Positions 37,378 through 48,898 are shown, numbered from the stretch's first letter. The stretch is 64,000 bases of DNA from Betaproteobacteria bacterium (GCA_025361165.1 JANYAU010000115.1:836-64835), one strand, 5' to 3'. Made by a program: numbers and translations. Notes: a model not told the origin generated them from the letters alone.

Positions 37378-38688
37378 ATGCCTGAATTCTGGTCGCGCTT
37401 GCTTGGCCGTTTTGGTCTGATCGCGCTAATCGCGTTGATCGCATGGCCTATCGCTGGCGCGGTGTGGGCGCTCGGGCTGCTCAGCCTGGGCCTGCTCGGC
37501 GAGCTTATTTTCCACTTGCGGCAACTGCAACAGCTCAATCAGTGGCTCGCCAATCCGCTGGTGCGCGCGGTGCCGGAAGGCCGGGGTGTGTGGGAGGACA
37601 CATTCGTCGCCTTGTACCACCTCGCACGCCGGCAATCAGCCAGCCAGCAGCAACTCTCCAAAGCGCTCTCCCGCTTTCAGCGCGCCGGCGAGGCGATGCC
37701 CGACGGCGTCGTGATGCTCGACGCCGGTGACCAGATCGAATGGTTCAATCCCATTGCCGCACAGCAATTCGGCTTGCATTTAGAAACCGATATCGGCCAC
37801 CCGATTACTTATTTGCTGCGCCAGAGTCAATTTAACGAATACTTGAGCGCGCACAATTATGGTGAACCGCTGATCTTGAAATCGACGCGTAGCACGGATG
37901 CCACGCTCGCGATCCAATTGGTACCGTTTGGCGATGATTTGAAACTGCTGATATCGCGCGATATTACCCGCTTCGAACAAGTCGAAACCATGCGCCGCGA
38001 TTTCATTGCCAATGTCTCGCACGAACTGCGCACGCCCTTGACGGTGGTCGGCGGCTTTCTCGAATCGCTGCAAGACTACACCGATTTAAGTGAAGAAAAT
38101 CGTGCGCATTTCTTCGCCTTGATGCGCGACCAAACCTTACGCATGCAGCGCCTGGTGGAAGATTTGCTCACGCTCTCGCGTTTGGAGAGCGCGGCCAATC
38201 CGCTGCAAGAAGAATCGGTGGATGTGCCGAAACTGATTCAGCAACTGCACCAAGAAGCGCAGAGTCTGAGCCAAGGGCGACATAAAATCCGGCTGGAAAT
38301 GGCGAGCGATACTGGCTTGCTCGGCAGCGAGAGTGAGCTGCGCAGCGGCTTGGGTAACTTAATCAGCAACGCGGTGCGTTATACGCCGTTGGGCGGCGAA
38401 ATTGTGGTGCGTTGGGAGGAAGTGAATGGCGAGGCGCGGTTTTCAGTCAAGGATAGCGGTATCGGTATCGAACCGCAGCATATCCCGCGACTGACCGAGC
38501 GCTTTTACCGCGTGGATCGCAGCCGCTCGCGTGAAACCGGCGGCACCGGCCTCGGGCTGTCGATCGTGAAGCACGTACTGACGCGTCATCAGTCGCGGCT
38601 CGAAATTGCCAGTGAGGTGGGACAGGGTAGTACTTTTAGCGCGGTGTTTCCGGCAAGCCGCTTGGTGAAAACGGTGGCAGCGGCTTGA
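37378..38688 (+). CDS. phoR: Phosphate regulon sensor kinase
   Basis: TM, PAS, ANVSHELRTPLTV, LTERFYRVDRSRSRETGGTGLGL. Confidence 0.95.
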   Translation: MPEFWSRLLGRFGLIALIALIAWPIAGAVWALGLLSLGLLGELIFHLRQLQQLNQWLANPLVRAVPEGRGVWEDTFVALYHLARRQSASQQQLSKALSRFQRAGEAMPDGVVMLDAGDQIEWFNPIAAQQFGLHLETDIGHPITYLLRQSQFNEYLSAHNYGEPLILKSTRSTDATLAIQLVPFGDDLKLLISRDITRFEQVETMRRDFIANVSHELRTPLTVVGGFLESLQDYTDLSEENRAHFFALMRDQTLRMQRLVEDLLTLSRLESAANPLQEESVDVPKLIQQLHQEAQSLSQGRHKIRLEMASDTGLLGSESELRSGLGNLISNAVRYTPLGGEIVVRWEEVNGEARFSVKDSGIGIEPQHIPRLTERFYRVDRSRSRETGGTGLGLSIVKHVLTRHQSRLEIASEVGQGSTFSAVFPASRLVKTVAAA

Positions 38689-40323
38689 TTATTTGAGGCT
38701 GAACGTAACGCGCTCAAAATCGACGCCGCGTTCGATTACTTGGGAAAGCCGTACCGTCAACGTATTGTCGATGTGCAGCTCGAGTCGTTTATTTTGACCA
38801 TACCAGCCATGCGGCAGTACCAGCGTGGCGGGTTCTTTGAGGGCGGGGATTTCGGGCAGTAAAAACCCCTGCAAAAACTTGTTTTGCAGCGACGCAATGA
38901 GCACCGGTGCGCGAATTCCCACTGCCATCGGGATGCCGGGAAAGGCGCGGATGCCGATGTTCAAATCGCCATTCGGATCGAATCGCATCCAGCGTATCAT
39001 GCCGATCGCAAAATGTTTGGCTTGCGGATGCCGAATGGCGACTAACTGATTCAAGGCCACGCGCGCCGCGTGCAAGCCGTCCGCCGCTAGCTTAAAACCC
39101 AGCGCGGATTCATCCTGAATTTGCCAATTCTCTGCGGCATAACCCAATTGTGAAGCGTTGAGTTTTTTCGTCTGGTTGGTGACCTGACCGAAGATTTGTA
39201 AATCTTGCATCTCGCGCCAACCCAAGTCTTGCTGATCACGCTGGCCCGGCTGACGAAACGGTTTGCCACCGTTGCAGAAGAAGTGGATAGCCGCGATGGT
39301 GAAGGAGACCTGCGCTTTTTCTCCGCCCGCCCGCCGCTCGTACGCGCGGTTTTGGGGCGGCTCGCACCATTGTTGGTAGAGCTGGCTTAGCAGCGCTTCG
39401 CAGGCCGGTTGCTGGCAGTCGTCACCCATATCCAGCTCGCTGGGCGCACCCCCTTTACGTAAATGCCGGATGCGCTTCGCCAGCGTTACGGCAAGTAGGT
39501 TGATATCCAGGTGGCGTACGCTTGCACTCGCTTCAAAAGACATGCCGTATTGAATGCCGGTAGTGCGGTTTAAATCGACCACGAGGACGGGCAGCTTGAG
39601 TTCCGGATACGGTGCGCCGGGCATTTTAGTGATAACGACGCGCGACGCCCACTTGTCCAACCAACGATCGATCTGGCCGCGATGTTTGGGGTTGTGGTGG
39701 AAGGGATCCGCCAAATCAATTAACAGCGCTTGCACGTAGGCGGACTCGGGCCGCGTGCCTTCCACCATGCGATTCAAGGAATCCTTCACCGGAATTTTTT
39801 CCACTCCCAACTCTTCGGCGCTGGCATATGTTTTATGCAGTTGTTTCCACAGCGCCTCGGGCACATTTTGGTAGAGGCTATAGTATTCCAGCATCTGCTG
39901 CCCGGTCAGGCGAAGAATTCGCTGCACCATCACCGGCGCGAAACTGGTCAAGGCTTTATCGTTATCCAAATAATTTTGTAGGCAGATCTGGTAGCCCTGG
40001 GTAAAACTTTGCCACAGCGTGAGGGCTTTTTTCCACAACGCAATTTCGTTGCCGTCTAGCGGCACCGGCTTGCCGGCGTATTTTTTCGCCACTTCGCTTT
40101 GTACAAAGTGGATCGACTCGCGCAAGTGTTCGAGAATACGCCAGCGCTCGACGCCGGACAGGGCGGACGTGTGATTCAACAGGTCGAGCTGGAGTTGGAG
40201 TTCGGTGTGCGCCGCGGGCGCATTAGTTAACGGTAGCGCGGCGAGCCACTGCTGGCAGGATTTGGCATCCGAGATAATGGGGCGGTGCGCGCCGGTAATG
40301 GATGGCTGGTCAATCGAAAGCAT
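38689..40323 (-). CDS. Conserved hypothetical, FimW-like (c-di-GMP receptor / PilZ-like C-terminal barrel)
   Basis: WLAALPLTN start, RAYER (RxxxR) and DESALG (DxSxxG) motifs. Confidence 0.6.
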   Translation of the reverse strand: MLSIDQPSITGAHRPIISDAKSCQQWLAALPLTNAPAAHTELQLQLDLLNHTSALSGVERWRILEHLRESIHFVQSEVAKKYAGKPVPLDGNEIALWKKALTLWQSFTQGYQICLQNYLDNDKALTSFAPVMVQRILRLTGQQMLEYYSLYQNVPEALWKQLHKTYASAEELGVEKIPVKDSLNRMVEGTRPESAYVQALLIDLADPFHHNPKHRGQIDRWLDKWASRVVITKMPGAPYPELKLPVLVVDLNRTTGIQYGMSFEASASVRHLDINLLAVTLAKRIRHLRKGGAPSELDMGDDCQQPACEALLSQLYQQWCEPPQNRAYERRAGGEKAQVSFTIAAIHFFCNGGKPFRQPGQRDQQDLGWREMQDLQIFGQVTNQTKKLNASQLGYAAENWQIQDESALGFKLAADGLHAARVALNQLVAIRHPQAKHFAIGMIRWMRFDPNGDLNIGIRAFPGIPMAVGIRAPVLIASLQNKFLQGFLLPEIPALKEPATLVLPHGWYGQNKRLELHIDNTLTVRLSQVIERGVDFERVTFSLK

Positions 40324-40348
40324 GACACCCTGCCGCTAGTGATTTTTG

Positions 40349-40765
40349 TTAATCGTATGAGATTTGGAGCAACTCATCAAGTCTAATGCGAAGTGTACCC
40401 GAGTCCGGCGCCGTCCGGCTACCACCAGCGCGCACTGGGGTAGCCCAAATCGGATGAGGGAAATGTGCGTCGTCGGTAAACCGCGGAATCACATGCCAAT
40501 GCACGTGCGGCACGACATTGCCTAGGCTGGCGAGGTTGATTTTGTCCGGATGCATAAGCCTGGTAAGCGCTTGCTCCACCGCGAACACCACACGCATCAG
40601 TTGTTGCTGCTCGGCGTGGGGGAGATCAGCCATCTCTTTGATGTGTCGATTAAGTATCACGCGGCAAAAACCGGGGTAGCCGGGGTCTTTAACCAGCACC
40701 ACGCGGCACAGCGCGTCTTGCCAAAGCAACTCGCCGCCGGGGGTATCGCAGAGTTCGCAGGGCAT
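40349..40765 (-). CDS. HIT-family hydrolase
   Basis: PHVHWHVIPR histidine triad. Confidence 0.93.
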   Translation of the reverse strand: MPCELCDTPGGELLWQDALCRVVLVKDPGYPGFCRVILNRHIKEMADLPHAEQQQLMRVVFAVEQALTRLMHPDKINLASLGNVVPHVHWHVIPRFTDDAHFPHPIWATPVRAGGSRTAPDSGTLRIRLDELLQISYD

Positions 40766-43700
40766 TAGAGCAACACCCGCTCAATCCCGCCCCGATTCAC
40801 CTGGGCGATATAGTCTTGCATCCAGGATTCGCCCAGCAAGCGCCGCGCCAGTTCCACCACGATATAGTCGGCCTCGACGCCGGTGTCGTCGCGATAGCGC
40901 GCCAAGCCTTGCAGGCAAGAGGGGCATGAGGTGAGGGTTTTCACTTGAACACCGGGCGTGACGGCCTGGATCTTGGCTAGGCCGTTTTCCAGTTCTTCTA
41001 GCTTGCGGAAGCGGATTTGGGTGGAAATATCGGGCCGCGACACCGCCAGCGTACCGGCTTCACCGCAGCAGCGGTCGGTGAGTTGTACCGCGCTTCCCAT
41101 CAGCGTGCTCGTTACGGTGAGCGGGTTGTGTTGCTTCATCGGCGTATGGCAGGGGTCGTGGTAGAGATATTTCACGCCCGGCACATCGTCCAGCGCCACG
41201 CCTTTTTCCATCAGGTATTCGTGGATGTCGAGCAGACGGCAGCCGGGAAAGATTTTCTCGAACTGGTATTTTTGCAACTGATCCATGCAGGTGCCGCAGG
41301 AGACCAGCACGGTTTTGATGTCGAGATAATTGAGCGTATTCGCCACGCGATGGAACAGCACTTGGTTGGTGGAACTGATCTGCTGGCCCTTATCCTGATT
41401 GCCGGCCGCGGTCTGCGGGTAGCCGCAGCACAAATAGCCCGGTGGCAGCACGGTGATCGCGCCCACGTGGTACAGCATGGCTTGAGTGGCAAGGCCCACT
41501 TGTGAAAACAAGCGCTCCGAGCCGCAACCGGGAAAATAAAACACCGCATCGGCGTCCTCGGCGGTTTTTTGCGGATCGCGGATTACCGGGACGGTGTTGG
41601 GATCTTCCAGACCCAAGAGTGCGCGCGAGGTGCGTTTCGGCAGCCCACCCGGCATCGGCTTGTTGATGAAGTGGATGACTTGTGTACTGATCTTGGCCGG
41701 TTCATGCGTGGCAGGCGGGTGAGCGCCTTGCTCGCGCAATAAGCCGAAATATTTGGCCGCGCCATAGCCCAGGCGCTGCGCTTTGTAGCCCCATTCGATC
41801 ATGACTTTACGCGTAAATTTGATCATGCCGGCATCGGTGCTGTTGAGAAACAGCATGGAAAGCGCGCTGCCGGGGTTGAATTTTTTCTGCCCGCGCTTAC
41901 GCAAAAAATTGCGCATCGCGATCGATACATCGCCGAAGTCGATGTCCACCGGGCACGGGTTCAAACACTTATGGCAGATCGTGCAGTGATCGGCCACGTC
42001 ATTGAATTCGTCGAAATGCTTGAGCGAAATGCCGCGCCGGGTTTGTTCTTCGTATAAAAATGCCTCGATCAAGAGGCTGGTGCCGAGCACTTTGTTGCGC
42101 GGGCTGTATAACAAATTCGCGCGCGGAATATGCGTGTTGCACACCGGTTTGCACTTCCCGCAACGCAGGCAGTCTTTGATTGAGTCGGCGATCTCGCCGA
42201 TTTCCGACTGCTCCATGATCAGCGATTCCACTTCCAGCAAATTGAAGCTGGGGGTGTAAGCGTTGTGCAGATCGGCGCCGGGCAGCAGCTTGCCTCGATT
42301 GAAATGCCCGTGCGGGTCGATCTTGTGTTTGTAAGCGGCGAACGGCGCAATTTCTTCCGGCGTCAGAAATTGCAGCTTGGTGATGCCGATGCCGTGCTCG
42401 CCCGAGATCACGCCGCCGAGCTGGGTGGCCAGCGCCATGATGCGCTCCACCGCTTGATTCGCCGCTTGCAGCATGGCGTAGTCGTCGGAGTTTACCGGGA
42501 TGTTGGTGTGCACATTGCCGTCACCGGCGTGCATATGCAGCGCGATGAATACCCGGCTGCGCAATATTTCTTGATGAATTGCATCGAGCTTGGCCAGCAC
42601 CGGCTGAAACTCGCGGCCAGTGAAAAGTTGATGCAGGGGTTCGCGTACTTCGCGCTTCCACGACACGCGAATGGCGTGGTCTTGCAAGGCATGAAACACC
42701 GTGTCGAGTTTCGAGTCTCGGGCTTCGAGTCGCAGTTCAGCGGCATCCGTGTCGAGATTCGCTAACAACCACTGCCAGCGGGCGCGCACCTGGGCAATCA
42801 ATTCCAATGCGCGGGTGCGTCGGCTCTCGGTGAGTTCAGGATCGGGCACGGTTTCTGGATCGCGATGCAGTGGCAGTTCACCTTTTAGAAATGTTTCCAA
42901 GGCATCGAGCAAAGCGAGTTTGTTGCGCGTGGATAATTCGATATTGATGCGTTCCACGCCCTCGGTGTAATCGGCCAGCCGTGGCAGCGGAATCACCACA
43001 TCCTCGTTGATCTTGAAGGCGTTGGTATGCGCGGCAATTGCTGCGGTGCGCGCGCGATCCAGCCAGAATTTGCGCCGCGCTTCCGGACTCACGGCGATGA
43101 AGCCTTCGCCGCCGCGCGCATTCGCCAGACGCACGATGTGGGACGCGGCTTCGCCCACCGCATTTTCATCGTCGGACGCGATATCAGCGACCAGCACCAT
43201 ATTCGGGCGCTGCGGGCGATTGGCTTTAGTGGCGTAGCCCACCGCCTTCACATAGCGCACATCCAGGTGCTCCAGTCCCGCGAGCTGTGTGCCGGGACGT
43301 TGATCAATATAATTCTTGATTTCGACAATGGCCGGCACCGCTGCGCGCGCCTGGCCGAAAAACTCCAAACATATCGTGCGCACATGCGCTGGCATCTTGT
43401 GCAGAATGAAGCGCGCGGAAGTGATGATGCCGTCGCAACCTTCTTTTTGGATACCCGGCAGCCCGGCTAAAAATTTATCGGTGACGTCTTTACCCAATCC
43501 CGCTTTGCGAAACTGCGCTCCCGGAATTTCCAGTATTTCCGGCGGCTCTTGCGGTGTGCCATCCGCCGCAAAGCGCGTGACGCGAAAGCGCGCAAGCTGC
43601 GCATCGTGAATCTTGCCCAGATTGTGCTCGAGTCGCGTCACTTCCATCCACTCGCCATCGGGCGTGACCATGCGCCAGGACACCAAATTGTCGATGGCGG

Positions 43701-44568
43701 TGCCCCACAACACGGCTTTTTTGCCGCCGGCGTTCATCGCCACATTGCCGCCGATGCAGGAGGCGTCGGCCGAGGTGGGATCGACCGCGAACACTAAACC
43801 GGCCTCGTCGGCCGCTTCCATCACGCGTTTGGTGACCACGCCTGCGCCGCAGTGGATAGTGGCTACTTCGCGCACCACGCCGGGCAGCGCAATGTGCTCG
43901 ACGGCGCCCAGCGTATCGAGTTTCTCGGTATTAATCACCGCCGAGAGTTTGGTCAGTGGCACGGCGCCGCCGGTGTAGCCGGTGCCGCCGCCACGCGGGA
44001 TGATAGTGAGGCCGAGTTCGATCAGCGTGCGCACCATAGGCGCGATTTCTTCCTCGGTATCGGGCGCGAGTACAACAAACGGATACTCCACACGCCAGTC
44101 GGTGGCGTCGGTGACATGCGAAACGCGCGATAGCCCATCGAACTGAATGTTGTCGCGGCGCGTTATGCGGCTGAGTTTGTCCAGCGCACGCTTACGCAAT
44201 AAGCGCGTGTGCTCGAATTCCGCCGCGAAGGCGTTTACCGCTTCGTGCGCGGCGTCGAGTAGTTGCGCAACACTTTCATTGCCCTGGCGTCGCGTCTCGA
44301 TCGCGTTGAGCCGGTGCCGCAGTGCGCCGATCAAAGCCTCGCGCCGCTTCGGGTTGGCCAGCAGATCGTCTTCCAGATAGGGATTGCGCGAAATTACCCA
44401 CAGATCGCCCAGCACCTCGAATAACATGCGCGCCGAACGGCCGGTACGACGCTCGCCACGCAATGCGTCGAGCACGCGCCACATCTCCGTGCCGAGAAAG
44501 CGCATCACGATCTCGCGGTCGGAGAACGACGTGTAGTTGTAGGGGATTTCGCGCAGGCGGGTGGACAT
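40765..44568 (-). CDS. FAD-linked oxidase / Fe-S oxidoreductase (DUF3683-type, GlcD+GlcF-like fusion)
   Basis: [16 protein letters not shown] start, [21 protein letters not shown], two CxxCxxCxxxC motifs, CCG domains. Confidence 0.9.
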   Translation of the reverse strand: MSTRLREIPYNYTSFSDREIVMRFLGTEMWRVLDALRGERRTGRSARMLFEVLGDLWVISRNPYLEDDLLANPKRREALIGALRHRLNAIETRRQGNESVAQLLDAAHEAVNAFAAEFEHTRLLRKRALDKLSRITRRDNIQFDGLSRVSHVTDATDWRVEYPFVVLAPDTEEEIAPMVRTLIELGLTIIPRGGGTGYTGGAVPLTKLSAVINTEKLDTLGAVEHIALPGVVREVATIHCGAGVVTKRVMEAADEAGLVFAVDPTSADASCIGGNVAMNAGGKKAVLWGTAIDNLVSWRMVTPDGEWMEVTRLEHNLGKIHDAQLARFRVTRFAADGTPQEPPEILEIPGAQFRKAGLGKDVTDKFLAGLPGIQKEGCDGIITSARFILHKMPAHVRTICLEFFGQARAAVPAIVEIKNYIDQRPGTQLAGLEHLDVRYVKAVGYATKANRPQRPNMVLVADIASDDENAVGEAASHIVRLANARGGEGFIAVSPEARRKFWLDRARTAAIAAHTNAFKINEDVVIPLPRLADYTEGVERINIELSTRNKLALLDALETFLKGELPLHRDPETVPDPELTESRRTRALELIAQVRARWQWLLANLDTDAAELRLEARDSKLDTVFHALQDHAIRVSWKREVREPLHQLFTGREFQPVLAKLDAIHQEILRSRVFIALHMHAGDGNVHTNIPVNSDDYAMLQAANQAVERIMALATQLGGVISGEHGIGITKLQFLTPEEIAPFAAYKHKIDPHGHFNRGKLLPGADLHNAYTPSFNLLEVESLIMEQSEIGEIADSIKDCLRCGKCKPVCNTHIPRANLLYSPRNKVLGTSLLIEAFLYEEQTRRGISLKHFDEFNDVADHCTICHKCLNPCPVDIDFGDVSIAMRNFLRKRGQKKFNPGSALSMLFLNSTDAGMIKFTRKVMIEWGYKAQRLGYGAAKYFGLLREQGAHPPATHEPAKISTQVIHFINKPMPGGLPKRTSRALLGLEDPNTVPVIRDPQKTAEDADAVFYFPGCGSERLFSQVGLATQAMLYHVGAITVLPPGYLCCGYPQTAAGNQDKGQQISSTNQVLFHRVANTLNYLDIKTVLVSCGTCMDQLQKYQFEKIFPGCRLLDIHEYLMEKGVALDDVPGVKYLYHDPCHTPMKQHNPLTVTSTLMGSAVQLTDRCCGEAGTLAVSRPDISTQIRFRKLEELENGLAKIQAVTPGVQVKTLTSCPSCLQGLARYRDDTGVEADYIVVELARRLLGESWMQDYIAQVNRGGIERVLL
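42704..42731. repeat. Four tandem heptamers within the oxidase CDS
   Basis: TCGAGTT TCGAGTC TCGGGCT TCGAGTC. Confidence 0.65.
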
Positions 44569-44668
44569 GGGGTAATCGGCCAAAAAGAGCGCACATTCTA
44601 GCGCATCGGCCGATGCACCGCACCCAAGCGCCTGTCAACGGTAGGGGTTTGGCCGCCTAATGCGTTCC

Positions 44669-45010
44669 TTAGGATTCCTGAATATGGAAGTGGTGCATCA
44701 AGCGATGCACGAGCGGAGCGAGTAAGACGCTGGCTGCGCCAATGAACACCAAGCCGCTGAACAAGGCATAAAAGGATGCGAATAGTTTGCCGGCGACAGT
44801 GTGCAGCCCGTCCACCGGCCCCATGCCGCCAAGGATCATCGAAGCGTTCAGCAAGGCATCGAGCCAGGATAGGTGTTCCGTGAAGTGATAACCGGCGATG
44901 CCGATGCCGAGCGCAACCACCACAATGGCAGCCGAAAATAAGGCGCTGCGCAGTATCCGCCGAATAAAAGCGCGGAAAGGGAGTAACTTTTCGTGACGTT
45001 TTTCGTACAT
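44669..45010 (-). CDS. Small membrane protein with ion-channel pore-like topology
   Basis: TM - SWLDALLNASMILGGMGP - TM (GKLFASFYALFSG); lacks the TVGYG filter. Confidence 0.75.
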   Translation of the reverse strand: MYEKRHEKLLPFRAFIRRILRSALFSAAIVVVALGIGIAGYHFTEHLSWLDALLNASMILGGMGPVDGLHTVAGKLFASFYALFSGLVFIGAASVLLAPLVHRLMHHFHIQES

Positions 45011-45017
45011 CGTGCGC

Positions 45018-45569
45018 TTACTTTTCCTTTCGGTTGGCGCTGGGCCGGGCCAGCAGCGGATCGACTAAATCGCTCATGCGCCCATAGTAGACTTGGCCGT
45101 GGACTTTGTGGCGGAGATGTCCGTCACGGTCGATTACCATCGACATCGGCACTTGGTCGATGGGACCGAAAGTCTGCCGCAGTTCGTCATCCGCCATTGC
45201 CGCAGGGAAAGTATAGCCATGTTCGCGCATGTATTGCAGCGCTTTGGCCGGATCGTCGTCGAGGCTGATGGCGATCATTTCAAATCCCTTGGCGTGGTAA
45301 TCCCGGTAGAACTTTTCAATCGCCGGCATTTCCTTGAGGCAGTAGGGGCACCACGTGGCCCAGAAATTCACCAATACGACTTTGCCGCGCAGGCTTCCTA
45401 GTGTACCCATACGGCCATCGAGCGTGGTGAACGGGAGATTGGGCAAGGCTTCATTCATATCCGCGACCTGCGCCGGCGGGCGGAACCAAATATAGGCTAT
45501 CAGCCCAATCAAGATCAGGGTGACGACATTGCTTTTTAAATGCTTCTTGATGCGCTCAGTCAGATTCAT
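45018..45569 (-). CDS. TlpA-family thioredoxin-like disulfide reductase
   Basis: VVLVNFWATWCPYC with an N-terminal TM. Confidence 0.9.
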   Translation of the reverse strand: MNLTERIKKHLKSNVVTLILIGLIAYIWFRPPAQVADMNEALPNLPFTTLDGRMGTLGSLRGKVVLVNFWATWCPYCLKEMPAIEKFYRDYHAKGFEMIAISLDDDPAKALQYMREHGYTFPAAMADDELRQTFGPIDQVPMSMVIDRDGHLRHKVHGQVYYGRMSDLVDPLLARPSANRKEK

Positions 45570-45607
45570 GGATACTCTAAGTAATTAGTGGATGCCGAGG
45601 AAGTGAC

Positions 45608-46021
45608 ATGCTGTGGGTCAAATCGTTTCATATCATTTTCATGGTTACTTGGTTCGCGGGACTATTCTATTTACCGCGGCTGTATGTGTATCACGCCCTG
45701 AGCGACGATGCGCCGAGTATCGCGCGCTTTAAAATCATGGAGCGCAAATTGTTCTATGGCATTATGACCCCCGGCGGAATAATCACGATTGCACTCGGCC
45801 TCTGGCTATGGCTCGGCTACGGTATCACGGGCGGCTGGTTGATGGCGAAGCTGGCGCTGGTGGCTGTGCTCATCGTTTATCACCTCTATTGCGGAAAATT
45901 GCTGCTGGATTTTAAGCATGACCGCAACACGCATAGCCATGTATGGTATCGCTGGTTCAATGAACTGCCAGTATTGATCTTGATCGCCGTGGTTATCCTG
46001 GTCGTCGTCAAACCCTTTTAA
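45608..46021 (+). CDS. hemJ: Protoporphyrinogen oxidase HemJ (CopD family)
   Basis: WVKSFHII...WFAGLFYLPRL...RWFNELP...VVKPF. Confidence 0.9.
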   Translation: MLWVKSFHIIFMVTWFAGLFYLPRLYVYHALSDDAPSIARFKIMERKLFYGIMTPGGIITIALGLWLWLGYGITGGWLMAKLALVAVLIVYHLYCGKLLLDFKHDRNTHSHVWYRWFNELPVLILIAVVILVVVKPF

Positions 46022-46060
46022 ACTTTAGCGCCGGCATGCCCTGCCCTCAATAGGAAACCC

Positions 46061-47200
46061 ATGAATCAATTTTTCGCCACCTGCCCGCGCGGGCTGGAAG
46101 CCGTACTGGCGCAAGAGCTCACCACCCTCGGCGCGCATCAAGTCAAAGCCACCGATGGCGGCGCGAGTTTCAGCGGGCCGATGGCGCTGTGCTATCGGGT
46201 TAACTTGGAAAGCCGTGTCGCCAGCCGCGTGCTGTGGCAGATCGACAGCGCGCCGTATCGCATCGAAGAAGACGTGTATCAGCGCACCCGTGGCTTGCCG
46301 TGGGAAAACTGGTTCACGCCGCATCAAACCATCGCGGTCAAAGTTACCGCGCAACATTGCGCGCTGAAGAGCTTGGAGTTCATCACGCTGCGCATCAAAG
46401 ACGCGGTGTGCGATCACTTTCGCGACCTCACCGGCATTCGTCCCAGCGTCGATACGCGCTTACCGGATGTGCGCATCCACGCCTATTTCGACGCGCAGCA
46501 ATTCACGCTTTACCTCGATACCTCCGGCGAAACGCTGTTCAAGCGCGGCTACCGCCAATTCACCGGTGAAGCGCCGCTGCGCGAAAACCTCGCTGCCGGT
46601 ATCCTTAAACTCACCGGCTGGGAGCCCGGCGTGCCGCTGTTCGACCCCATGTGCGGCAGCGGCACCTTTGTCTTGGAAGCAGCGCTAATGGCCTTGCACA
46701 TTCCGCCCGGCAGCAAGCGGCCTTTTGGTTTCGAGCGCCTCAAAAATTTCGAGCACCAAGCGTGGGATCAGATACGCGCCGATGCCGCAGCTCAACCTTT
46801 ACCGTCGACCGCTTTGCCCATTTACGGCAGTGATCACGATAAGTGGGCGGTCATGGATGCGCACAAAAATTTGGAGAATGCCGGATTGACTGGCGTAGCC
46901 ACGGTGGAGGAGAAAGACATTCTCGACATCACGGCACCCGCAGCAAGCGGGGTGCTGGTGATGAACCCGCCCTATGGCGAGCGCATCGGCGAGGCGGACG
47001 AATTGGCCGAGCTATATCCCAAGCTAGGCAGCGTGTTGAAGCAACGCTTCGCGGGATGGAAAGTGGGCATCATCACCGCCGACACGCGGCTACCGAAACT
47101 GATGCGGCTCAAGCCCTCGCGCAAGATACCGCTCTTCAATGGGCCGATTGAATGCCGCTTGTATTTATTCGAAATGGTGGCGGGGTCGAATCGGGGTTGA
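46061..47200 (+). CDS. rlmL: THUMP-domain rRNA methyltransferase (RlmL-like)
   Basis: LFKRGYR, APLRENLAA, DPMCGSGT, NPPYGER. Confidence 0.85.
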   Translation: MNQFFATCPRGLEAVLAQELTTLGAHQVKATDGGASFSGPMALCYRVNLESRVASRVLWQIDSAPYRIEEDVYQRTRGLPWENWFTPHQTIAVKVTAQHCALKSLEFITLRIKDAVCDHFRDLTGIRPSVDTRLPDVRIHAYFDAQQFTLYLDTSGETLFKRGYRQFTGEAPLRENLAAGILKLTGWEPGVPLFDPMCGSGTFVLEAALMALHIPPGSKRPFGFERLKNFEHQAWDQIRADAAAQPLPSTALPIYGSDHDKWAVMDAHKNLENAGLTGVATVEEKDILDITAPAASGVLVMNPPYGERIGEADELAELYPKLGSVLKQRFAGWKVGIITADTRLPKLMRLKPSRKIPLFNGPIECRLYLFEMVAGSNRG

Positions 47201-47406
47201 CGGGCCATAGGCAGGGCTGGGTGGAAGGAAGGCTCTTTTTTACTGTCAAGCGGAGCGGGCGCCACCGAGCGCCGCGCGACACAGGCTCACCATCAATATA
47301 ACCCCGCAGCCCGATTGGGGCTCCGGCGGATACGCGCTCAGCAATTGCTTCTGTGCCCAGAATAACTTCGAACGTTTGAATCAATTAGGCAAACAGAACG
47401 TCATAC

Positions 47407-48798
47407 TCACTGCACGACGACTCGATTGCGTCCTTCTCGCTTTGCCCGATACATGCGGCTATCTGCAACCTCGATAACAGATTCATACGTGGTGCCATCG
47501 GGACCGTATTGCGCAGCACCGAAGCTTACCGTGAACCGTAAGCGTGCGCTGCCAACCGTAACAATCTTGCTCTCAACCATGCTTCGCAGCCGTTCAGCCA
47601 CTATTCCGGCAGTCTCGCAGGTAGCGTCAGGAAGTAACAGGGCGAATTCTTCACCGCCGAGCCGGCCAATAAAATCGCTTGGACGTAGAGCCTCTTTTGC
47701 TGTCGCCACAAACACCTCCAGCACCTTATCCCCGGCCTGATGACCGTAGTTGTCGTTAATATGCTTGAAATGATCGAGATCCGCCATGAGCATGGCAAGA
47801 GGTGCCCCACTACGCACAGCGCGCGAGATTTCCTCCGCGGACCGAGCCAGAAATTCCCGGCGGTTCGCGGCTCCCGTTAACGGATCTATCGCGGCCAGAT
47901 TTTCGAGATCTTTGTGGGCGCGCTGCAGCTCAAGCAAAGCGTCCTCCGCACGCGCCTTTTCGGATTTGATCTGATCCATCAGCTCTGTCTGGCTGTATAC
48001 CTTGCTAAAGGATCTGGTGGTCAGGAAAGCCTGGATAACGCCATAGCTCAATGCCATGAAGCCGGACGCAAAAATAACGTGCGCGAGCCACCATTGGTGG
48101 TTCCATATGTGACTCAATATGAAGGAGAGAGACGATTGGGCAAAAAACAGGAGAGACAGCGCGTAAATCGTCATAAGCGGTGACCGAATTCGGCGTGCAA
48201 TGATTATCACGACACAGATCAGCGAAATGCACAAAGCGGCAATTTCCATCACCATGCGCGCCCATGATGCCCATGCCGAGTCCGCCAAAAAGAAGACAAA
48301 GACATTGATTAGCATGAACACGCTAATCCAGAACAGCCAGTAGCTGCCATGCGACCGTTTTCCGATTGCTATTACCTGTCTTTTATAAGTCATCAAGGCT
48401 GCCAGCAAGCAGGTAGCCATGGTGAGGCGAGAGGCGGGACCATACAAGATAAATAGCCAGACGTGATCGTGTGCGCTGCCGGTAAATGCGCCGTGTAGGC
48501 CATAGATGAGGGTAAATCCGAGAAAGGCGAGTGTGAGCCAGCGCAGAAATGCTTCCCCGGAATGCAGATAACAGCGCCACGTGACATACGAAATGAATCC
48601 GCTCTGCAACACCGAAACGCCGATCGCGATTTCGTGGAAAGTGTGGTGTTCGAATCGAAGACCCGGATCTTGGAAAAAATACAAATAGGCAATTGCGAAA
48701 GACGGACTGAGGCCCAAGATAGCCAGTATCAGCGTCGCGTATCCCTTGCTTAGGGTGCGAACGAAATCTCGAGGTTCGCGAGCATGAGTTATTGACAT
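47407..48798 (-). CDS. Multi-pass membrane diguanylate cyclase
   Basis: About eight TM helices, coiled coil, DPLTGAANRR, RLGGEEF. Confidence 0.92.
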   Translation of the reverse strand: MSITHAREPRDFVRTLSKGYATLILAILGLSPSFAIAYLYFFQDPGLRFEHHTFHEIAIGVSVLQSGFISYVTWRCYLHSGEAFLRWLTLAFLGFTLIYGLHGAFTGSAHDHVWLFILYGPASRLTMATCLLAALMTYKRQVIAIGKRSHGSYWLFWISVFMLINVFVFFLADSAWASWARMVMEIAALCISLICVVIIIARRIRSPLMTIYALSLLFFAQSSLSFILSHIWNHQWWLAHVIFASGFMALSYGVIQAFLTTRSFSKVYSQTELMDQIKSEKARAEDALLELQRAHKDLENLAAIDPLTGAANRREFLARSAEEISRAVRSGAPLAMLMADLDHFKHINDNYGHQAGDKVLEVFVATAKEALRPSDFIGRLGGEEFALLLPDATCETAGIVAERLRSMVESKIVTVGSARLRFTVSFGAAQYGPDGTTYESVIEVADSRMYRAKREGRNRVVVQ

Positions 48799-48898
48799 GC
48801 TATTGCCTAGGGCTCATACGGCGGTCTCCAGCCTAACATAAAGTGTGCCGCCCTATAGAGGGTGAGTGGTGGCGAAGCGCAACACGCTCCCATTTTGC

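Noticed and set aside
47136..47384. 82-aa ORF downstream of the GGDEF gene
   Set aside because: No recognisable motif, TTG start, overlaps rlmL; may be debris but cannot be supported.
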